Source of the DNA: an uncultured Gemmatimonadota bacterium
GTDB taxonomy: Bacteria; SM23-81
NCBI GenBank assembly: GCA_964584035.1
Contig: CAZOYL010000096.1
Coordinates: 1-10,303 of the forward strand
Direction of reading: 5' to 3'
DNA length: 10,303 nt
Within the stretch, counting starts at the first letter, position 1. Each line of letters opens with the position of its first letter. The notes beneath the pieces are model-generated. The model searched no databases. It was not told where the DNA came from and saw only the letters and a program-made list of their open reading frames with translations. Made by a program: the position numbers and the translations under genes. Shown piece after piece: positions 6,220-10,303 of this stretch.

Positions 6220-8880
6220 CTATTCGTTCCTCAGCTGCCGGCCGAACTCACTGACCGGCTCGCTGAGCTTGTCGTAGACAAAGTTATCCTGATGAACGGT
6301 GTGGAACCAGTAGTAATAGCCGGCCCCGATCCCCACAACGCCGGGGTCGGTGTAGCTGGAGACCGTGGTGGAATCAAAAGGTGCGATGGGATCAGGCTCG
6401 GGATCCGTCTCCCGGTAGACATAATACTTGGCGGCCTGGCTGACATCGACCCAGTTCAGGTGAAGATCATCACCTGATTTCTCCGCCATGGGGAAGATGG
6501 TCCGAAAGCTGATCCCGGCGGTGATAATCCAATCCCATTCCCGTTTCTCCCAGGTGGCGCCATCGTAGAGATAACTGTAGTTCCATCCTCCCAGAATGTC
6601 AGGGTCGTTTCCTTCAAAGTAGCTGACTTTATCCGGCATCGTGTCCGTGTGAGGTTGAATGCCCATCCAGAACCCGGAGGTGAGGTCACGGAGAGCCGGG
6701 GCGGCGTTCAGATCCACGAACTGCGATCTCTTACTGCCATCGTTGTCTGGAGTGGAGAAGGGTACGGTGGCCAGCAGCGCTCCGGGCTGGGTCTCATCCC
6801 CGGGGCCGAATACCAGGAGGTCGAAATCGTAACCATACTCCCGGATGATGAGCTGGGCCCACCTCAGGTCGAAGGAATACAACCCCGGGTCCGGAGTAAA
6901 ACGGACGGCTGCGATCATATCGGTATTCAGCCATATGGCGCTGTTATGGTCGTAGCTGTAAAAATCCTGGTCGTGATACCTCAGTTCGCCCGTGCCGGCG
7001 GGATAATTGTAGGCGGCAGGAAGGGAGCTATCATCGTTCTTCAGGGTATCGTTGTCCGGATTGGTGTCCAGGTAGGTGCCGACGGCCTCCGTCCAGATAC
7101 GAAAGCTGTACCAGCCTTCCTCGCTGAGGGTCCATCGGCAGGCCGAGATGTCCAGGGGCACCTTGGCCGTGGCCAGGGAATCGATCTGCGGGGTGGGAGT
7201 GGCCGAGATGACCGTTCCCGGGCCGAAGACCGCCGTCCCGGTGCTGTCCAGGATCGTCATCCTGACCACATACGTCCCCGGAGTCACCGCCGCGGGCTCA
7301 TAATTGGTCACAGCAACGGTGTCCATCGACAGGACGACATCATTGGCGTTGGGTGAGGAGATCCGGGCTGCGGTGACACCGATGTCGATTTCCGCAAAGA
7401 CGCCCACCTCGCCGATCAGGGCGATATCGTCGACCTGGAGACCGACGGTGCCTGTGGTATCATCCGTTCCAGAGCTGAGAAAACCGACGCAGACCTGCAT
7501 CGTGTCCCAGGGAACAGGCGGGTCGGTGAGCAGAGGCGTGAGATCGAAGAGCGTGTCGCTCCAGGCGTCGTTATGCCACCACTGGAAATTATCGATCATG
7601 TCGAGCTCGTAGGCTTCATCCTGAAGTACGTGTAGCCAGCTGATATAGGTCCATTCACCATCGTCGAGCTTGTAGGCGTTCCAGGCCAGAGGATGATTGG
7701 TGCCGGGATCGCATCTCATCCACCAGTCCAGCCGCAGGCTGCTCATGGCCGTGTCCAGGTCAGCATGGGCGATCCTGGGCGAGACGATGGCGTTGTTCGC
7801 GTCGAGAGGGTAGCGATACGAGGAGCTGTCCCCGCAGAGGGCTCCGTAGTTACCGGTGTGAGAGGAGGTGGATAGATGCCACCAGTTGCCGGTGGGCCGG
7901 TCGGGGATCCCGCTGCCCCACCCCGGATCGCCGTCCTCGAAATCCTCGAAGAATAGGGTGTCGCCGGTCAGGTTCAGATCGGCCACCATGGCCGAATCCA
8001 TGTCATCCATGATCATCACGTCGTCGATGATGTAGCCGAACAGGGTGCTGTCGTCCAGGGTATCGTTCGCCCAGTCGGAAGCGCCGGCGAAGGTAATGCG
8101 CACGGTGTCGCCGGCGAAGGGCCGCAGGTCATACACCTTGGTGACGATCGTCTCGGTGCCTCCACGACCGGTCCCGTCACAGGAATATCCGCCAAGCCAC
8201 TGGTCATAGGGCGATATATACGGACCGATCTGTTGACCCCAGAACTCCCAGCAACGGAGGATGTCCCATTCATTTGCGGTGTCGCATGCTATTGGATTCT
8301 CGTTCTGGTAATGGGAGCTGTCCGATTCCACCTTGTACGGGGCGATCTCGTAGTAACCCAGGGCATCGCCGGAGACATCGACGCGCACGTTGTAGCCGTC
8401 CCAGCTCTCACGGATAAATGTGTCGTGGAACTCCTCGCAGCGGACATAATGTTTGTAGATCAGGAAAACGGAATCCTGATCGGCGGCCAGGATGATCTCG
8501 GGCATGGAGGTGTAGTCGATCCTCTCGCTCAGGTAGCCGCCGTTGGGGCCCACCTCGGGATCTCCCCACCACAGTGAATAGCTGCCGCTGATGGCGTTAA
8601 AGGTGTCCCGGTGCCACAGGGTGTCCCCTGTCAGTGCGGTTGTGAAGTCCGCCGTGCCCCAGAGAGCGCCGGTGATGCGATCATTCCAGCTAAGCCCCTC
8701 AGCGGTGAAATGTAACAGGGTGTCCGTGATAGCCAGTTTTTCATTATTCTGGTTTGACCTTGTCGGCGAGGACTGAATGGTCTGGATCTGTTGTTTTTCC
8801 GCTGGAAGACGCGTAGCGGATCCGATCACAAAAACGATACATAGAATTACCAGTGATACTCCCTTTCGCAATGACAACAC
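6220..8880 (-). CDS. Secreted 886-aa multi-domain protein: signal peptide, two tandem MAM/cleaved-adhesin-like beta-sandwich domains, CARDB-like domain, further beta domain, Fn3-like C-terminal module
   Basis: GTG start with SD AGGAGGTG (8885-8892, - strand). N-terminus MLSLRK + hydrophobic stretch + LPA. Repeated motifs LWHR..SGSYSLWWGD..DLRPFAGDTVRITF..GYIIDDV and WWHL..TGNYGALCGD..DLTPLL..GLQVDDI; DIGVT..DTNPDNDTL; very Asp-rich. Function not assignable. Confidence 0.85.
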   Translation of the reverse strand: MLSLRKGVSLVILCIVFVIGSATRLPAEKQQIQTIQSSPTRSNQNNEKLAITDTLLHFTAEGLSWNDRITGALWGTADFTTALTGDTLWHRDTFNAISGSYSLWWGDPEVGPNGGYLSERIDYTSMPEIILAADQDSVFLIYKHYVRCEEFHDTFIRESWDGYNVRVDVSGDALGYYEIAPYKVESDSSHYQNENPIACDTANEWDILRCWEFWGQQIGPYISPYDQWLGGYSCDGTGRGGTETIVTKVYDLRPFAGDTVRITFAGASDWANDTLDDSTLFGYIIDDVMIMDDMDSAMVADLNLTGDTLFFEDFEDGDPGWGSGIPDRPTGNWWHLSTSSHTGNYGALCGDSSSYRYPLDANNAIVSPRIAHADLDTAMSSLRLDWWMRCDPGTNHPLAWNAYKLDDGEWTYISWLHVLQDEAYELDMIDNFQWWHNDAWSDTLFDLTPLLTDPPVPWDTMQVCVGFLSSGTDDTTGTVGLQVDDIALIGEVGVFAEIDIGVTAARISSPNANDVVLSMDTVAVTNYEPAAVTPGTYVVRMTILDSTGTAVFGPGTVISATPTPQIDSLATAKVPLDISACRWTLSEEGWYSFRIWTEAVGTYLDTNPDNDTLKNDDSSLPAAYNYPAGTGELRYHDQDFYSYDHNSAIWLNTDMIAAVRFTPDPGLYSFDLRWAQLIIREYGYDFDLLVFGPGDETQPGALLATVPFSTPDNDGSKRSQFVDLNAAPALRDLTSGFWMGIQPHTDTMPDKVSYFEGNDPDILGGWNYSYLYDGATWEKREWDWIITAGISFRTIFPMAEKSGDDLHLNWVDVSQAAKYYVYRETDPEPDPIAPFDSTTVSSYTDPGVVGIGAGYYYWFHTVHQDNFVYDKLSEPVSEFGRQLRNE

Positions 8881-8961
8881 GATTCACCTCCTCAGTATGA
8901 CTCGAAAACTGACGATTATTGGTAACAATTTATTGAGTCAATTTAAGTCAACTCTATGACC

Positions 8962-8990
8962 ATTATATCAGAATTTCCATTTTTTGTCAA
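8962..8990 (-). promoter_or_regulatory. Perfect-consensus sigma70 promoter for the 886-aa gene
   Basis: On the - strand: TTGACA (8990-8985), 17 nt, TATAAT (8967-8962), with extended -10 TGn and an upstream A-tract (GGAATAAAAAATG). Confidence 0.88.
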
Positions 8991-9139
8991 CATTTTTTAT
9001 TCCTTTACAGCCGCACGCTGAATATTCATAACTGTCTTGAATAGCAATATATTCTAAAAGTGATCATCCACCTCAGCAGCAGGCAGCGGGGCGAGAAGGG
9101 CGTCACCTGAATGCGATGAAAAAATCTCGTTGATATGTG

Positions 9140-9176
9140 AAAGCCGCCGGATCGTCTCGATCCGGCGGCTTTTTGT
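9140..9176. terminator. Intrinsic (probably bidirectional) terminator-like palindrome, copy 2
   Basis: AAAGCCGCCGGATCG-TCT-CGATCCGGCGGCTTT followed by TTGT; ends 36 nt from the stop of the 9213 gene. Confidence 0.75.
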
Positions 9177-9212
9177 TGCGGTCCGCTCAGCCTTGTTCCT
9201 GATATTCCTGCC

Positions 9213-10301
9213 TTACCGGGCTGCGCCCTTGGTATTGAACACATCCTTGTCGAACGTTCCCACCCGGTTGGAGTCATTGCTTTCCGATCCCTCCTTCACC
9301 ACCCGAACCAGATAGTACCGGTTCTGCGCCGGAGGCGACGGATCGGTCCAGAGGTCATTGGTCGTGGAGTCGATGGGCACGCCCGGAGTGAACCCGGGAT
9401 CGCTGTCATCGCTGTAGATGCGGTACAGCTCGGCGCCGCTTTTGGGCGTCCAGATGAGGGTTAACGTGGTGAGATTCTTGCGGATGGTCAGATCGCTGAT
9501 CGGCGTCAGGCCGCCCTCGATCGTGGCCGTGATTTGATAGATCAGATCGCTCAGATCAACGGCTCCGGGCAGCCCCTGCTGATCTCTGGTGCTGAAGGTC
9601 AGCGTGGCCGCGTAGGTCGATCCGGCCTCGGCCCCGCTGTCGTCGAACTGGACATCGCAGGAAGCCGGCGTGGCGCCCACATCCTGGGCGGTGAATCCGC
9701 CGGCGATGCTGAAGCGGCCGTCGCCGCCGGCGATCTGAGCATCGTAGACGTTCAATAAGGCCTGCAGGGCGTCATAATCGTAATTGTGGACTTCGGCCGT
9801 TTGGTTGTCAAACTCGCCGATGGCGTGGACGCCGAAGTCGAGCGTGTCCGCGGTGGTTTCGGCTCCCGCCTGGGTCGAGGGCCGTCCGTGATCCAGGACC
9901 GTGCCGGACAGGGCCACATCCACGGTGGGATCGTCCACATCGTCGCAGGCGATCTCCAGATCGCCGCTCTTATTGCCCGAGCCGGTCGTGATCATGGAAA
10001 TGGTGTAATCGCTGCTGTCCTGGGCATCGACCGTGTAGCCTCCGCTGGGGGCGGAGAACCCGGCCGGAGCGGTGAACTCGAGGTCCAGCTCGTCGGCCGG
10101 AAGATCGGCGATATTGTAAATCCTGATCGTCTCCTGAGCGGTGGCCCCGACGATGACGGTGTCGAAATCGGCCGCGGCGATCGTCTGGATCCTGGCCGGC
10201 AACTGGATATCCAGGTGGACGGGCAGGTGGTCGGAGGCCTGGTGGAGGTTCTCGCCCAGGATCGGGCCGACCGCCTGATTTTCGGGATCATTGATGGATT
10301 T
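9213..10301 (-). CDS. Probably secreted EEP (endonuclease/exonuclease/phosphatase, DNase I-like) family protein with two ASH/choice-of-anchor D Ig-like domains and an Fn3-like C-terminal module; 5'-truncated
   Basis: The frame stays open upstream of the tracked start (10202) to the window edge: KSINDPENQAVGPILGENLHQASDHLPVHLDIQLPAR; SDHLPV at 10218-10235 is the terminal catalytic motif of EEP domains. Followed by DFDTVIVG..IRIYN..VALSGTV and TLDFGVHAIG..EVHN Ig-like repeats. Signal peptide would lie outside the window. Confidence 0.8.
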   Translation of the reverse strand, partial: KSINDPENQAVGPILGENLHQASDHLPVHLDIQLPARIQTIAAADFDTVIVGATAQETIRIYNIADLPADELDLEFTAPAGFSAPSGGYTVDAQDSSDYTISMITTGSGNKSGDLEIACDDVDDPTVDVALSGTVLDHGRPSTQAGAETTADTLDFGVHAIGEFDNQTAEVHNYDYDALQALLNVYDAQIAGGDGRFSIAGGFTAQDVGATPASCDVQFDDSGAEAGSTYAATLTFSTRDQQGLPGAVDLSDLIYQITATIEGGLTPISDLTIRKNLTTLTLIWTPKSGAELYRIYSDDSDPGFTPGVPIDSTTNDLWTDPSPPAQNRYYLVRVVKEGSESNDSNRVGTFDKDVFNTKGAAR

Positions 10302-10303
10302 AT

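Noticed and set aside
5963..6277. + strand ORF with a His/Asp-rich DDDHQDDGHEDDGHQ stretch (metal-binding peptide?)
   Set aside because: Overlaps the P-II gene and the 886-aa gene and crosses the terminator; the pattern is the reverse complement of ATC/GTC/ATG codons of the - strand hydrophobic ORF.
6220..8880. M6 / immune inhibitor A metalloprotease call
   Set aside because: Only accessory-domain-like motifs are present; no HExxH zinc motif was found.
6154..9176. CRISPR array or IS/composite transposon suggested by the repeated palindrome
   Set aside because: Only two copies 3 kb apart; no spacers, cas, transposase or integrase gene and no evident target-site duplication.

Overview
GC-rich bacterial chromosomal segment; the protein domain content suggests an FCB-group lineage (inference). 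Left to right: (1) the 3' part of a large secreted Ig-like/CARDB/Fn3 protein ending in a FlgD-Ig/T9SS type A-like sorting domain; (2) ssb; (3) a + strand cluster of a KtrB/TrkH K+ channel, a KtrA/TrkA RCK subunit, a stand-alone PTS EIIA and a non-canonical P-II protein; (4) two - strand secreted proteins, an 886-aa protein with tandem MAM/adhesin-like domains and a 5'-truncated protein whose upstream part, missed by the ORF track, carries an EEP nuclease/phosphatase SDHLPV motif. Most notable: a possible K+-uptake regulatory module (Ktr + EIIA + a Tyr-free, Cys-rich P-II lacking the Lys58 equivalent); an ~85-aa C-terminal module shared by both - strand proteins, each gene followed by an almost identical 34-nt palindrome; an inverted heptamer-repeat element inside the Ktr cluster; and a candidate 40-aa membrane microprotein. 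No rRNA, tRNA, CRISPR array or transposase was seen.
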